The notes beneath the pieces are model-generated. The model saw only the letters and a list, made by a program, of their open reading frames with translations. It ran no database searches and was not told the origin of the DNA. Of a stretch of 64,000 nucleotides of DNA, positions 46,634 through 57,460 are shown piece after piece. The DNA lies in contig CAVZSF010000003.1 in the NCBI GenBank assembly GCA_963777895.1, positions 205,832 to 269,831 on the forward strand, written 5' to 3'. The stretch's first letter is position 1; each line of letters begins with the position of its first letter. Both the position numbers and the translations under genes were made by a program. The stretch is from an uncultured Thermoleophilia bacterium (lineage in GTDB: Bacteria > Actinomycetota > Thermoleophilia > UBA2241).

Positions 46634-47674
46634 ATGGCGGAACCCGAGCTTCACGAGGCGATCCTCTACGAACGCCGCGACGACGGCGTGGTGCAGTGCC
46701 ACGTTTGTCCCCGGCTATGCGTGATCAGGCCTGGCAAGAGCGGCGCCTGCCGCGCCCGCGTCAATCACGACGGGCGTCTCTACCTGCTCATCTACGACCG
46801 CGTGTGCAGCGTCGCCGCCGACCCGGTCGAGAAGAAGCCGCTGTACCACTTCTTCCCCGGCACCACGGTGCTCTCGCTGGGCAGCGTCGGCTGCAACTTC
46901 ACCTGCCGCCACTGCCAGAACTGGCAGATCGCCCACGCCGACGCCACGACGCTGGCCCGTGACCTGCGACCGCTGCCCGTGCGTAACCTGCCGGTGCTCG
47001 CGCAGCACAACGACTGCCAGGGGGTCGCCTGGACCTACAACGAACCCACGATCTGGCTCGAATACATCCTGGACGGCGCCCAGGTCGCTCACGAGCACGG
47101 CCTCTACACGGTGATGGTGACCAACGGCTACATCACCGACGAGGCCCTCGAGGTGGTCGCCCCGCACATCGACGCCTATCGCGTCGACGTCAAGGGTTTC
47201 AGCAGCGCGGCCTACTACGAGCTCTGCCGCATCAAGGATTACGAACCCGTCCTGAGCGCCGCCGTGCGGGCCAAGCGCGACTTCGGCTGTCACGTGGAGA
47301 TCGTGACGAACGTGATCCCCACCCTGAACGACGACGAGCGCATGCTGCGCGACCTGGCGCGCTGGATCGTCGCCGACCTGGGGCCGGAGACGCCCTGGCA
47401 CGTGACGCGCTTCATGCCCTACCTGGAGCTGTCCCACCTGCCGCCGACGCCGATCCGCACCCTCGAGCGCGCCGTGGAGATCGGCCACAAGGAGGGGCTG
47501 CAGTTCGTCTACGTCGGGAACGTGCCGGGTCACGCCGGCGAGAACACGATGTGCCCCAACTGTCGCCGGCTGCTGGTGCGGCGCACGGGCTACGAGATCG
47601 AGGATGTCGCCCTGAAGGGCACGTTGTGCTCGATGTGCGGACAGAACGTGAATATCCGTACGCGGATCAAGTGA
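46634..47674 (+). CDS. amrS: AmmeMemoRadiSam system radical SAM enzyme
   Basis: CHVCPRLC, DPVEKKPLYHFFPG, GCNFTCRHCQNW, TYNEP, YVGNVPG, CPNC. Confidence 0.9.
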   Translation: MAEPELHEAILYERRDDGVVQCHVCPRLCVIRPGKSGACRARVNHDGRLYLLIYDRVCSVAADPVEKKPLYHFFPGTTVLSLGSVGCNFTCRHCQNWQIAHADATTLARDLRPLPVRNLPVLAQHNDCQGVAWTYNEPTIWLEYILDGAQVAHEHGLYTVMVTNGYITDEALEVVAPHIDAYRVDVKGFSSAAYYELCRIKDYEPVLSAAVRAKRDFGCHVEIVTNVIPTLNDDERMLRDLARWIVADLGPETPWHVTRFMPYLELSHLPPTPIRTLERAVEIGHKEGLQFVYVGNVPGHAGENTMCPNCRRLLVRRTGYEIEDVALKGTLCSMCGQNVNIRTRIK

Positions 47675-47720
47675 GAAGCGGTGGCTGCGTCGGGCACTGA
47701 GCGGGTAGGATGCACGAACG

Positions 47721-48140
47721 ATGGATGAGCTGGTGCGACTCGATATCCCAGCGCGTGCCGAGTACGTGGCGCTCGGCAGGCTTGCCTTGGCGGGGCTGCT
47801 GCGCAACCGGGGGTACTCCGACGATGCCGTCGCCGACCTCAAGCTCGCGCTGACCGAGGCGTGCTCGAACTCCGTCCGTCACGCCTACGATCACGACGAC
47901 GGCCAGGTGCACCTGTCTTTCGCCGTCGCCGACGACCGCGTCGTCATCGAGATCCGCGACGAGGGCGCCGGCTTCCACGAGGACGACGTCGACTGCCCCG
48001 AATGTCAAGGCATGCCCGACCTCGAGATGGACGGCGGCATGGGCATCTCGATCATCCGCGCGGTCGTGGACGAGTTCAAGCTGGAACGGCCCGAGGCCGG
48101 GGGCAGCAAGCTCGTCCTCACGAAGCTGCTCGACGCGTAG
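47721..48140 (+). CDS. RsbW-like anti-sigma factor / Ser-Thr kinase
   Basis: IPARAEYV, DLKLALTEACSNSVRHAY, IRDEGAGF, GGMGISII. Confidence 0.88.
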   Translation: MDELVRLDIPARAEYVALGRLALAGLLRNRGYSDDAVADLKLALTEACSNSVRHAYDHDDGQVHLSFAVADDRVVIEIRDEGAGFHEDDVDCPECQGMPDLEMDGGMGISIIRAVVDEFKLERPEAGGSKLVLTKLLDA

Positions 48141-48156
48141 CGGCGCGCTCGCGCCG

Positions 48157-48876
48157 TTGAGCTCGTTCGACGACCTCATCGAACTGTTCGCGCTCGGGGA
48201 GCACCAGGCTTGGGCGCTGGACCGCTACGTAAGCCTGCTGGCCGGCTGGCGCCGTGCCAATCTGAGCGGGCTCAAGTCCCGTGATGACCTCATCGAGATC
48301 CTGCTGGGCGACTCGCTCGCCTTGCTGGACGTGCCGGCGCTTGCCCAGGCGGGCTCGCGCTGGGCCGATCTCGGCGCCGGCGCCGGCATCCCCGGCATCC
48401 CGCTGGCGATCGCCGTCCCGTCGCCGCCGCGGCTGACGCTGCTCGAAGCCACGGGCAAGAAGTGCGCCTTCCTGCGCGAAGCCGTCGTCGTGGCGGGGCT
48501 TGCCGGGAACGCGACGGTCGCGTGTGCACGCAGCGAGGAGTACGCGCGGCCCGGGGAGGACGGTGGCCGCGAGCACTCCGACGTGGTGCTGGCGCGCGCC
48601 GTCGCGCCGCTCGCCACGCTCGTCGAGCTCGCGGCCCCCCTGCTCGCGCCGGGCGGTATCCTGCTCGCCAGCAAGACGAGGGCCGCGGCGGAGGCGGAGG
48701 GGCCGGCCGGTGCTGAGTCGGCAGCCACCTGCGGCCTCAGCGGGCGGGGCGTGGTGCCACTGCCGCGCTCCCCGTTGCATGACGCGGTCTGCGTGGTGTT
48801 CGAGAAGACGCGGGCGACGCCCGGCTGGTTGCCGCGGCGGCCGGGCCTGGCCGCCAAGCGGCCGCTGGCGGGGTGA
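48157..48876 (+). CDS. rsmG: 16S rRNA m7G527 methyltransferase
   Basis: ANLSG, DLGAGAGIPG, LLEATGKKCAFL, ARAVA, PRRPG; directly before parAB. Confidence 0.9.
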   Translation: MSSFDDLIELFALGEHQAWALDRYVSLLAGWRRANLSGLKSRDDLIEILLGDSLALLDVPALAQAGSRWADLGAGAGIPGIPLAIAVPSPPRLTLLEATGKKCAFLREAVVVAGLAGNATVACARSEEYARPGEDGGREHSDVVLARAVAPLATLVELAAPLLAPGGILLASKTRAAAEAEGPAGAESAATCGLSGRGVVPLPRSPLHDAVCVVFEKTRATPGWLPRRPGLAAKRPLAG

Positions 48877-48916
48877 CACGGCCGCCAGTATCATCGCGGG
48901 GGATGGAGGGGCAGGC

Positions 48917-49670
<754 letters not shown>

Positions 49671-49678
<8 letters not shown>

Positions 49679-50558
49679 GAAGAAGGCGCTCGGGCGCGGC
49701 CTGGGGGCGCTGATCGGCGAGAACAAGGCGGCCCTCGCCAGGGCCGGCATGGCCGGCGCCGAGGGCCGCCTCCGCGAGCTCGAGCTCAGCGAGATCCGCG
49801 TCAACCGGCGGCAGCCGCGGCGCAGCTTCGACGAGGGCGAACTCGCCGAGCTCGCCGCGTCCATCGGCGCGCTCGGCGTGGTCCAGCCCGTCGTCGTCCG
49901 GCCCTTTGACGAACCGGGCGGCGGCGCGCGCTACGAGCTGATCGCCGGCGAGCGCCGCCTGCGCGCCGCGGGCCTCGCCGGCCTCGAGACGATCCCCGCT
50001 CTGGTGCGCGCGGCCGACGAGGCCGGCGCGCTCGAGATCGCGCTCGCCGAGAACGTCGCCCGTGAGGACCTGAACGCGATCGAGGAGGCGCAGGCGTTCG
50101 CCGCTCTGGTGGACGAGTTCGGCCTGACGCACCAGCGGGTCGCCGAGCTGGTCGGCCGCAGCCGCACGGCGGTCACCAACGTCCTGCGCCTGCTCGAACT
50201 GCCCGACGACGTGCAGGTGATGATCGAGCGCGGTGAGCTCTCCGAGGGACATGGGCGCGCGCTCCTGGGGCTGGCGGACCACGGTCGCCGTCGCAGCGCC
50301 GCGCGCCTGGTGGCCCAGCGCGGCCTGAGCGTACGCGAGACCGAAGCGCTCGTGCGCAAGCTCAACCAGCCAGAGGCGCCTCCCGCCGCACCGGCGGACT
50401 CCCCCTCAGAGCTGGGCGACCTGATCGATGAGCTGTACGGCCTGCTCGAGGCGCCCGTGCGAATCCGCGCCGGGCGGCGTGGCGGCCGTATCGAGATCGG
50501 CTACAAGGACCAGGCCGAGCTGGAGCGGCTGCTGGCCCTACTGCGCGGCCTGCGCTGA
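49671..50558 (+). CDS. parB: Chromosome partitioning protein ParB/Spo0J
   Basis: KKALGRGLGAL, QPR, ELIAGERRLRA, ENVAREDLN, GRSRTAVTNVLRLL. Confidence 0.95.
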
Positions 50559-50586
50559 CGGCGACGACCACTGAGCGCGGTCTACG

Positions 50587-50617
50587 GCGCGTATGACGGG
50601 CGAGCCCCGATACGCGC
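50587..50617. terminator. Hairpin between convergent parB and the B12 operon
   Basis: GCGCGTAT...ATACGCGC outer stem with inner CGGG/CCCG pairing. Confidence 0.45.
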
Positions 50618-50618
50618 T

Positions 50619-51254
50619 TCAGCCGCCGCCGTGACGATCGCCCGACTGGGTGGTCGGGACGCTCGTCGGCGTCGCGTTCGTGCCCACGGCGCCGGTCGTG
50701 TCGGTGGTGCCGGTAGAACCCGACGTGGCCGGGCCCGTCTGGCCGGGCGCGGGCATGGCCGGGGCCGTGGGTGTCGGCGTTACCGTCGGCGTCACGCCCG
50801 GCGTGGGCGTGACGCCCGGCACCGGCGTCGACCCGGCGGGCGCGGTCTCGGTGGCCGGGACGTAGACCGTGGTCCCGTCCGCGAGCCTGTAGAAGGACCC
50901 GATCAGTGTGCCGACCCCGCTCACCTGCTGGCCCTGCTGGAGGTCCAGGCGCTCGATGGTGTCGCCGTTCTTCACGACGACCTGCATGTCCTCGGTGCCC
51001 GGGTTCGTCACGATGGTCATGTCCTTGCCCGTGAGGAGATCGCTCATCCCCAGGCCGGTGAGCGCCGCCAGCAGGAAGCCGACGGCGAGCACGATGGCCA
51101 CGTCAAAGAGGTTGACGATGCCGTCGAGAGGGTCGCCGTTGCGATCGTGACGGTCGATGCGGCGTCGCTTCATGTAGTGCAGCTTCATGCCGGCGCCCGG
51201 CTCGTCGAGCACGGTCGGCATGAACTGGATGTCGCTGTCGTCGACCTGGGTCAT
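50619..51254 (-). CDS. DUF2149 family single-TM protein with Pro/Thr-rich tail
   Basis: DPLDGIVNLFDVAIVLAVGFLLA, NPG, GSFYRLADGTTVYVP; follows a MotA/ExbB gene. Confidence 0.8.
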   Translation of the reverse strand: MTQVDDSDIQFMPTVLDEPGAGMKLHYMKRRRIDRHDRNGDPLDGIVNLFDVAIVLAVGFLLAALTGLGMSDLLTGKDMTIVTNPGTEDMQVVVKNGDTIERLDLQQGQQVSGVGTLIGSFYRLADGTTVYVPATETAPAGSTPVPGVTPTPGVTPTVTPTPTAPAMPAPGQTGPATSGSTGTTDTTGAVGTNATPTSVPTTQSGDRHGGG

Positions 51255-51275
51255 CGGTCCCCTCGGGTCAGGCTG

Positions 51276-52223
51276 TCAGGACGGCTCGTCGGCCGGTCCC
51301 AGATCGGCGAACGGGTCGTCGTCGGCGACGAGCAGCGGCCGCAGGTCGATGTCGCTGAGCGGCTCGAGTACCTCGGTCGACGAGCCGTCCTCGCCCGCAG
51401 CCGGGGCCGCGACGGGGGCGGCCGGCGGCGCAGCCGGCCCGGCCGCCGGCACCAGCGGCTTCCGCGGCAGCGCGCCCGCCGCCTCCGGCGTCTCGCCCGT
51501 GGTCACGTCACCGGGCAGGACGACCTGCTCTTCGACCCAGCGCCCCTCGGTGTCCTTGCGGCGGCCCGCCTTGAGACGGCGCGGGCCGCCCTCCAGCAGC
51601 TCGAGGAGGTATTCGAGGTCGGAGATGTCCTGGGAGTAGATGCGGTCGCGGATGATGCTGATGAGGAAGCCCAAACCGCCGATGAGCAGACCGATGACGG
51701 TGACCGAGAACGCGATGCGCAGGTTCTCGGCGAGGGTCGCCGTATCGCCTTCGGCCAGGGCGGCCAGCGCAGGGGCGAGGGGGATCAGCGTTCCCATCAG
51801 ACCCAGCATCGGGCCGATACGGACCAGGATGCGCGTCCGCTCGAGGCGCTTGATCGTGTAGAACTCGTACTCCTGGAGGAGCTTGAGTGGCTTCACGGCG
51901 AGACGCTGCGTCTGGTAGTTGCGGATGAGGTCGAAGAGGAAGCGCGCGACCACCATCGAGTACTTGTTCTCCTGCAGGTAGCGGTAGGCGCGCCGCGGCT
52001 TGCCGTCGGCGAAGGCCTGGCGTGCCCGCAAGGTGCGGATCTCGAGCGCCTCGAGGTCCCGATAGCGGGCTCTGAGGTACAGCTCGTAGACGAGCCAGCC
52101 CAGTTCGATCAGCACCCACACGAGGCAGACGATCGCAGCGATGAGGACCGGGTAGAAGAGCAGCTCGGCGGCGTTGAAGATCGCCTGCTGGATGTCGTCT
52201 GCGAGGCTCGCTACTGGCAGCAT
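51276..52223 (-). CDS. MotA/TolQ/ExbB proton channel family protein
   Basis: RIGPMLGLMGTLIPL, LRIAFSVTVIGL, three TM segments; ATG 52223. Confidence 0.88.
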   Translation of the reverse strand: MLPVASLADDIQQAIFNAAELLFYPVLIAAIVCLVWVLIELGWLVYELYLRARYRDLEALEIRTLRARQAFADGKPRRAYRYLQENKYSMVVARFLFDLIRNYQTQRLAVKPLKLLQEYEFYTIKRLERTRILVRIGPMLGLMGTLIPLAPALAALAEGDTATLAENLRIAFSVTVIGLLIGGLGFLISIIRDRIYSQDISDLEYLLELLEGGPRRLKAGRRKDTEGRWVEEQVVLPGDVTTGETPEAAGALPRKPLVPAAGPAAPPAAPVAAPAAGEDGSSTEVLEPLSDIDLRPLLVADDDPFADLGPADEPS

Positions 52224-52254
52224 CAGGAGTGGCTCCCTCTCGTGGGTTCGGGTG

Positions 52255-54040
52255 TCAGGAGGTCCACGGCAACCTGGCCTTGAAGCGCTGCCACGGGGTG
52301 CCGCCGCCCGGCAAGACCTTGCCCTGCCCGGCCTCGGCGAGCGCGCCCGCCTGCCGACGATGCACGAGGTACGAGAGCGCCGCTCCCGCCGGCAGCATGG
52401 CGAGGAGCACCGCGCCGATGGCGCCGCCCTCGCCATTGTCGCCGTCCGTCGTCTGCGCCGGTGACCGTTGCGCTGGGCGACGGCAGTGGAGAGTCGCTCA
52501 CGCCGGGTGTCGGCGTCAACGGCGTGCCGGTCACGGACCCGGGGTCTGTCGTGGTCCCTGGTGTGCCTGTGGCGCTCGCCGTCGGCGTCGGGGTGGGGTA
52601 CAGGGTGGTCGTCGGGGTCGGCGTGGACGCGGGCGGCGTGTAGCCGCCGCCGGGGTTGTAGGGGGGGGTGGGGGAGCCGCCGCCGGACGACGTCGAAACC
52701 GACACCGTGAAGGTGTGCTTCACGGATCTGCTGTTGCCGGCGCGGTCTCTGATCCGGATCTCCACCGAATGAGTCCCGTTCGGGACGTCGATGAGGCTGA
52801 GTTTCACGGTCGAGGAGCCGATCTTCGCTTTGCCTGTCCTGTTGACGCCGTCGACGAAGATCCTGACGGCGCCCTTGTCGACACCGGTGCCGTTTCTGGT
52901 GTCGGCGTACGCGGCGCTCACCGCGACGTCGTTCGTGGTGGTGAACCTGGCGCCGTCGGAGGGCTTGAACGAGGAGACCTTGGGACGGAACGCCGAGGCA
53001 GGGCCGCCACTGTCGACGAAGGGGAAGGCCTCGCCGCCCAGCGCCACGGTCACCTGGGTGGTCGTCATCATCGTGCTGTCGCCGCCCGAGCTGGAGGAGT
53101 GGGCGAAAGCGCCGTTGGAGCGTTGAAGCGTGCCCAGATAGGAAAGGGCCGTCTTGACCCAGGCCTGGCCGCCGTTCTTCGTGGCATAGGCGGCTTGGAC
53201 GGCCCACGCGGTGGACTCCGCGTTCGACCTCGGGTTCGACGGCAGCGACGGGAAGCCGCCGTCCGAGCGCTGATGGTCCTTGATCCACGCCAGGCCGCTG
53301 GCGACGGCGGGGGAGGATGCGTTCTGGCCGGCGGCGACGAGGGCCTGGACCACGGCTGCGGTCTGGTCGATGGTGCTCCCCAGGTTGTCGGCATCGCCCG
53401 TGGAGGTGGTGAAGCTCCACCCGTGGTCCGGGTTCTGGGCCGCCACCAGCCAGGCCGCCGCCGCCGTGACCAGCTCGCTGCTTTGCGCCTGGTTGGCCGC
53501 CCTCAGCGCGAGGAGCGCCCACGTCGTGGTGCTCACGTCGGCCTGGCTGCGGTCGCCCGACGTCGCGAGCGAGTAGTGTCCGTCGTCGGCGCGGTACAGG
53601 TTCATCTTGTTGAGGAGGTCGATGCGGGGCGTGCCGGCGGACCAGATGAGCCCGTTGCGGCCGATGGCGCCGTAGGCCAGCATGACCTTGGCGTAGAACG
53701 CCGGCGCGTTCACGCTGCCGCGCGCCCTCGCCTCGAGGTCAGACGCCTGCATGTAGTCGAGCGGGTCCTTGCCGCTCACGTCCCAATCGGTCACCTTCTC
53801 GCCGCCGGCGGCGATCGCCAGCATCGTCCACGGGGTCGTGTTGGCGAGGTCCATGGCGAGCGAGCCGGCGTCGCCGAAGCCGCCGGAGGACTGCTGCTTG
53901 GCGTGGAAGAAGTCGAAGGCCTTGGCGATCTTCGGCGGCGGCACCGCGGCGGCGGCGCCGGGCATGGCGAAGCCGAGCAGCAGCGCCGCCGCAAGGACGG
54001 CGACGAGCACAAAGGCCGGCAGGGATCGGTTCTCGTTCAT
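52255..54040 (-). CDS. Exported prenyltransferase/squalene-cyclase-repeat (alpha/alpha barrel) protein with Ig-like domain, P/T linker and C-terminal TM anchor; +1 frameshift at ~52457
   Basis: Signal peptide; QW-like repeats QQSSGGF, AQNPDHGW, HQRSDGGF, LQRSNGAF; the shifted frame gives ..GGAIGAVLLAMLPAGAALSYLVHRR.. ending at TGA 52255. Confidence 0.8.
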
Positions 54041-54783
54041 GGCGTGTCCTCCAGTTCCACGAACGTGACACGGGTCCGGGCGCGGAACCGGGCCACAATA
54101 GTAGCAGCCTGTACGCCGAAAAGACCAGCAAACAGGCAGGTCGCGGCGATGTGTGCAAGGTCGAAGGGCAAGCCCTGGGCGTACAACGCGAGCAACGCCG
54201 GAAGTGTCCGGGGGGTGTAGGCGAGGAACATCCACAGGGTCACGAACCAGTCGAAGGCGAGGGCGAGCAGGCCGCCGCAGACGACCAGCTCCCAGCGGCG
54301 CGGCATGCGGCCGCCGCGGCCGAGCAGGCCGCCGGCGGCCCCGACCGCGCCCCACGCCAGCATCTGCCACGGCGTCCAGGGGCCCTGGCCGAAGAACAGG
54401 TTCGAGACGAGCGCTGCGGTCGCGCCGACCATGAACCCGGGGCCAGAGCCCAGGGCGACGCCGGAGACCATCACGACGAACGTCACGGGCTTGACGTTGG
54501 GCAGCGACGCGAACAGGACGCGGCTGGCGGTGGCGAGGGCCGCCAGCGCCGCCACGAGCGCGAGCTCGTGGGCGGCGTTCGCCCTCGCTCCGTACGACGC
54601 GACACCCACGGCGACGAGCGCCAGCACGATCACGAAGCTTGCCAGGCCCCAGTCGACGGCGGCGGGGTCCGCCACCGCCCACAGGGCGAGGCCTCCGGCG
54701 AGGGCCACCAGGGCGACGAGCACGAGCCGGCTCACCGGCACGCGGGCCGTCCACGGCGGGCGACGGGTACCTGAGTCGATCAC
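54037..54783 (-). CDS. ECF transporter S component (CbrT-like)
   Basis: ASRVLFASLPNVKPVT, SNLFFGQGPWTPWQMLAWG, GLPFDLAH; GTGA overlap start. Confidence 0.88.
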   Translation of the reverse strand: MIDSGTRRPPWTARVPVSRLVLVALVALAGGLALWAVADPAAVDWGLASFVIVLALVAVGVASYGARANAAHELALVAALAALATASRVLFASLPNVKPVTFVVMVSGVALGSGPGFMVGATAALVSNLFFGQGPWTPWQMLAWGAVGAAGGLLGRGGRMPRRWELVVCGGLLALAFDWFVTLWMFLAYTPRTLPALLALYAQGLPFDLAHIAATCLFAGLFGVQAATIVARFRARTRVTFVELEDTP

Positions 54784-56456
54784 TGCGGCGACACCCCCCA
54801 CGTCACCTCGTCCTCGTGAAGGATGCCGGGGAGGGCGTGACGCAGCAGGCGGTTGACCTGCGTCGAGAAGAAGAGCGAGCCGTTGAGGACGTCCGCGGCT
54901 GGGCCGTCGGCGAGGACGCCCCCGTCGCCCACGACGACGACGCGCGTGGCGCAGCGCGCCGCGAACTCGACGTCGTGGGTCACGAGGAGCACGCAGCGGT
55001 CGGCGGCGGCCCAGCGGCGCAACGTCGCTGCCAGCTCGTTCTTGTGCGTCGGGTCCATCCCGCGCGTCGGCTCGTCCAGCACGACCAGAGCCGGGTCGAC
55101 GCACGTCACGGCGGCGAGCGCGGCACGCGTCCGTTCGCCGCCGGACAGCGAGCGGGGGTCGCGCTCGACCAGGCCGCCCAGGTCGAGGTCGGCGATCGCC
55201 TTGTCGGCGAGCGTCCGGCGCTTGTCCTCATCCGGCTCGACCTGGGCCAACGTGTAGTCGATCTCCTGCGCGACGGTATCGCGCACGAAGTAGTCGTTTG
55301 GGTCTTGGCCGAGCAGCGCGCAGCCGCGCGCCGCCTCGGCCACGGACAGGGTCGCCACGTCCCGGCCGAGGAGCGAGACACTGCCGGCGAGGGGGCGCAG
55401 CAGGCCGTTGAAATGACGCACCAGCGTGGACTTCCCCGCGCCGTTCTCACCCATCAGGGCGACCACCTCCCCGCGGCGGAGTTGGAGCGAGACGTCCTCG
55501 AGCAGAGGCGCCTCCCTCTCGTAGCCGACCGTCAGGCCACGCGCGTGCAGCACCGGCTCGCCCGGGCTCTCCGGTCGCTGCTGCGACGCTCGTGCCGGCG
55601 CGCCATCCTCGATCACGTCGAGCATGTGACGTCCGTCCTTCACGGTCATGGGCAGGCCGCCGTCGGCGGCGCGTTCCGCCGCGTGGCCGTTCAGCCGTCG
55701 TGCGAAGAGACGTGCCACCGGTGGGAGGAGTTCGCGGTGGCCCGCGAGGGCCCAGAGCGCGAACTCCTGCGGTGGCGCGTCCACCACGACGGCGCCGTCT
55801 TCCATGTACAGCACCCTGGTCGCGAGATGCAGGCAGCGCTCCACGCGATGCTCCGCCAGCACGATCGTAGAGCCGGTGTCCTCCGAGAGCCGGCGCAGTG
55901 CGGCGAGGAGCTCTTCCGAGCCGACCGGGTCCAGCTGCGAGGTGGGCTCGTCGAGCAACAGCAGATGCGGCTGGACGGCGATGACGGCGGCGAGGGCGAC
56001 CTTCTGCAGCTCGCCGCCGGAGAGCTCGGCCAGGGGCGCGTGCCGCAAGCGGGAGAGGCCCAGCGAGATGAGGGCCTCCTCGACCAGTCGCGTGATCGTC
56101 GACCCATCGACGCCGAGGTTCTCGAGGCCGAAGGCGATCTCGCGCTCGACCGTGGTCATGACGGCTTGGCTCTCGGGATCCTGGAAGACGAGCCCGACGC
56201 GACGCGCCAAGTCGTGGGGCCGGGCGGTGCGGGTGTCGAACTCGTCGACCTGTACCCGGCCGGCGAACGTGCCGCCATGGAAGTGAGGGACGAGACCGTT
56301 GAGGGCGCGCAGCAGAGTCGACTTGCCGCTGCCCGAGCCGCCGACGACGAGGACGACCTCGGCCGGGTCGATGTCGAGGGTAACGTCACACAGGGCGGGC
56401 CGGGCGGCGCCGGGATAGGTGTAGGTCACGCGCTCGAAGCGGGCGATGCGCGTCAC
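54780..56456 (-). CDS. ECF transporter ATPase with two ABC domains
   Basis: GGSGSGKST / LSGGE / LDEPT and GENGAGKST / LSGGE / LDEPT; GTG start 56456. Confidence 0.93.
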   Translation of the reverse strand: MTRIARFERVTYTYPGAARPALCDVTLDIDPAEVVLVVGGSGSGKSTLLRALNGLVPHFHGGTFAGRVQVDEFDTRTARPHDLARRVGLVFQDPESQAVMTTVEREIAFGLENLGVDGSTITRLVEEALISLGLSRLRHAPLAELSGGELQKVALAAVIAVQPHLLLLDEPTSQLDPVGSEELLAALRRLSEDTGSTIVLAEHRVERCLHLATRVLYMEDGAVVVDAPPQEFALWALAGHRELLPPVARLFARRLNGHAAERAADGGLPMTVKDGRHMLDVIEDGAPARASQQRPESPGEPVLHARGLTVGYEREAPLLEDVSLQLRRGEVVALMGENGAGKSTLVRHFNGLLRPLAGSVSLLGRDVATLSVAEAARGCALLGQDPNDYFVRDTVAQEIDYTLAQVEPDEDKRRTLADKAIADLDLGGLVERDPRSLSGGERTRAALAAVTCVDPALVVLDEPTRGMDPTHKNELAATLRRWAAADRCVLLVTHDVEFAARCATRVVVVGDGGVLADGPAADVLNGSLFFSTQVNRLLRHALPGILHEDEVTWGVSPQ

Positions 56457-57460
56457 GGCGTCCTCCTCGACGGGACGAGGGCCGCGGCCGCTGCGGGCAC
56501 GAGCAGAGCGCCGAGCAGGGCCAGCCACCACGGGTCCAGGAGGGCGGGCCAGGGGTCGTCGAGCAGCGGATAGAAGCTGTAGGAGGCGGCGCCGCCGGCC
56601 AAGCCGGCGAGCAGGGCGGCGGCGGCCAGGATGCCGCCCGCCACGAGCGTCACGTCGACCGCCCGCCAGGGCCGCCGCCGCAGCCATCGGGAGCGCGCTC
56701 CGGCTCCGTAGCCCCGCGCCTCCATGGCCGCGGCCACGTCGACGGCGCGCTCCAGGCTGCGCGTGAGGAGCGCGCCGAGCAAGGGCAGGCGTGCAGCCGC
56801 GCGCTGCTTCCGCGTGCCCCGGTCGAGCTCCACGCCGCGGCAGCGCTGGGCGTCGGCGATCCGCCGCGCGTCACTCTGGAGGAGCGGCAGCAGGCGCGAA
56901 GCCAGCGAGAGGACGAGGCCGGAGCGGAAGGAGAACCGGCTGAAGAGTACGAGCTGGTCGTCCGGCGTCAACGCGACGGTCAGCAGCGCGAAGGCGAGGA
57001 CGAGCGCAGCGAGACGCAGGGCGGTCGTCACGCCGTAGACGATGCCCTGCAGCGTCACGGTGATCGTCAAGGGGCCAAGTTCCCACTCCCAGAGCACGTC
57101 GAGGCCGCCGCGGCTGAAGAGCGGGTTCAGCAGCGCGAGGAAGAGACCCACCGCGAGCGCGACGCGCAGATACGGAACGGCCGCGCGCAGGCTGCCGCTG
57201 GCCGCGAGGAGGGCGAGCACGACGGCCAGCAGGACGGCCACCTGCAGCGGGTTCGCGACCACGAGGGCGGCGAACGCGACGGCGGCCACGTAGGTGGCCG
57301 CCGCGACCGGTCGCCGCCCGGCCAGGCCGCGGCCCGGCTCGAACCGGCGGGGGCGAACGCGCCCGCGGGCCGCCCGGACCGGGGCGAGGTCCATCTGGTA
57401 GCGGGGGCCGAACGCCGCGTTGGGCTCATGCACCGTGACGGGGATGCCGGGGCTGCTCAT
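56453..57460 (-). CDS. ECF transporter transmembrane T component
   Basis: LNPLF, DAQRCRG, AAAMEARGYG motifs; ATGA overlap start. Confidence 0.9.
   Translation of the reverse strand: MSSPGIPVTVHEPNAAFGPRYQMDLAPVRAARGRVRPRRFEPGRGLAGRRPVAAATYVAAVAFAALVVANPLQVAVLLAVVLALLAASGSLRAAVPYLRVALAVGLFLALLNPLFSRGGLDVLWEWELGPLTITVTLQGIVYGVTTALRLAALVLAFALLTVALTPDDQLVLFSRFSFRSGLVLSLASRLLPLLQSDARRIADAQRCRGVELDRGTRKQRAAARLPLLGALLTRSLERAVDVAAAMEARGYGAGARSRWLRRRPWRAVDVTLVAGGILAAAALLAGLAGGAASYSFYPLLDDPWPALLDPWWLALLGALLVPAAAAALVPSRRTP

Noticed and set aside
50700-50830. Short tandem repeats (TPGVTP) as a CRISPR or VNTR
   Set aside because: Coding low-complexity Pro/Thr linker; no repeat-spacer structure and no cas genes.
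52223-54754. 843-aa and 748-aa ORFs suggesting large fusions around the barrel and MotA genes
   Set aside because: The upstream extensions are out-of-frame readings of neighbouring genes; true starts are at 54040 and 52223.
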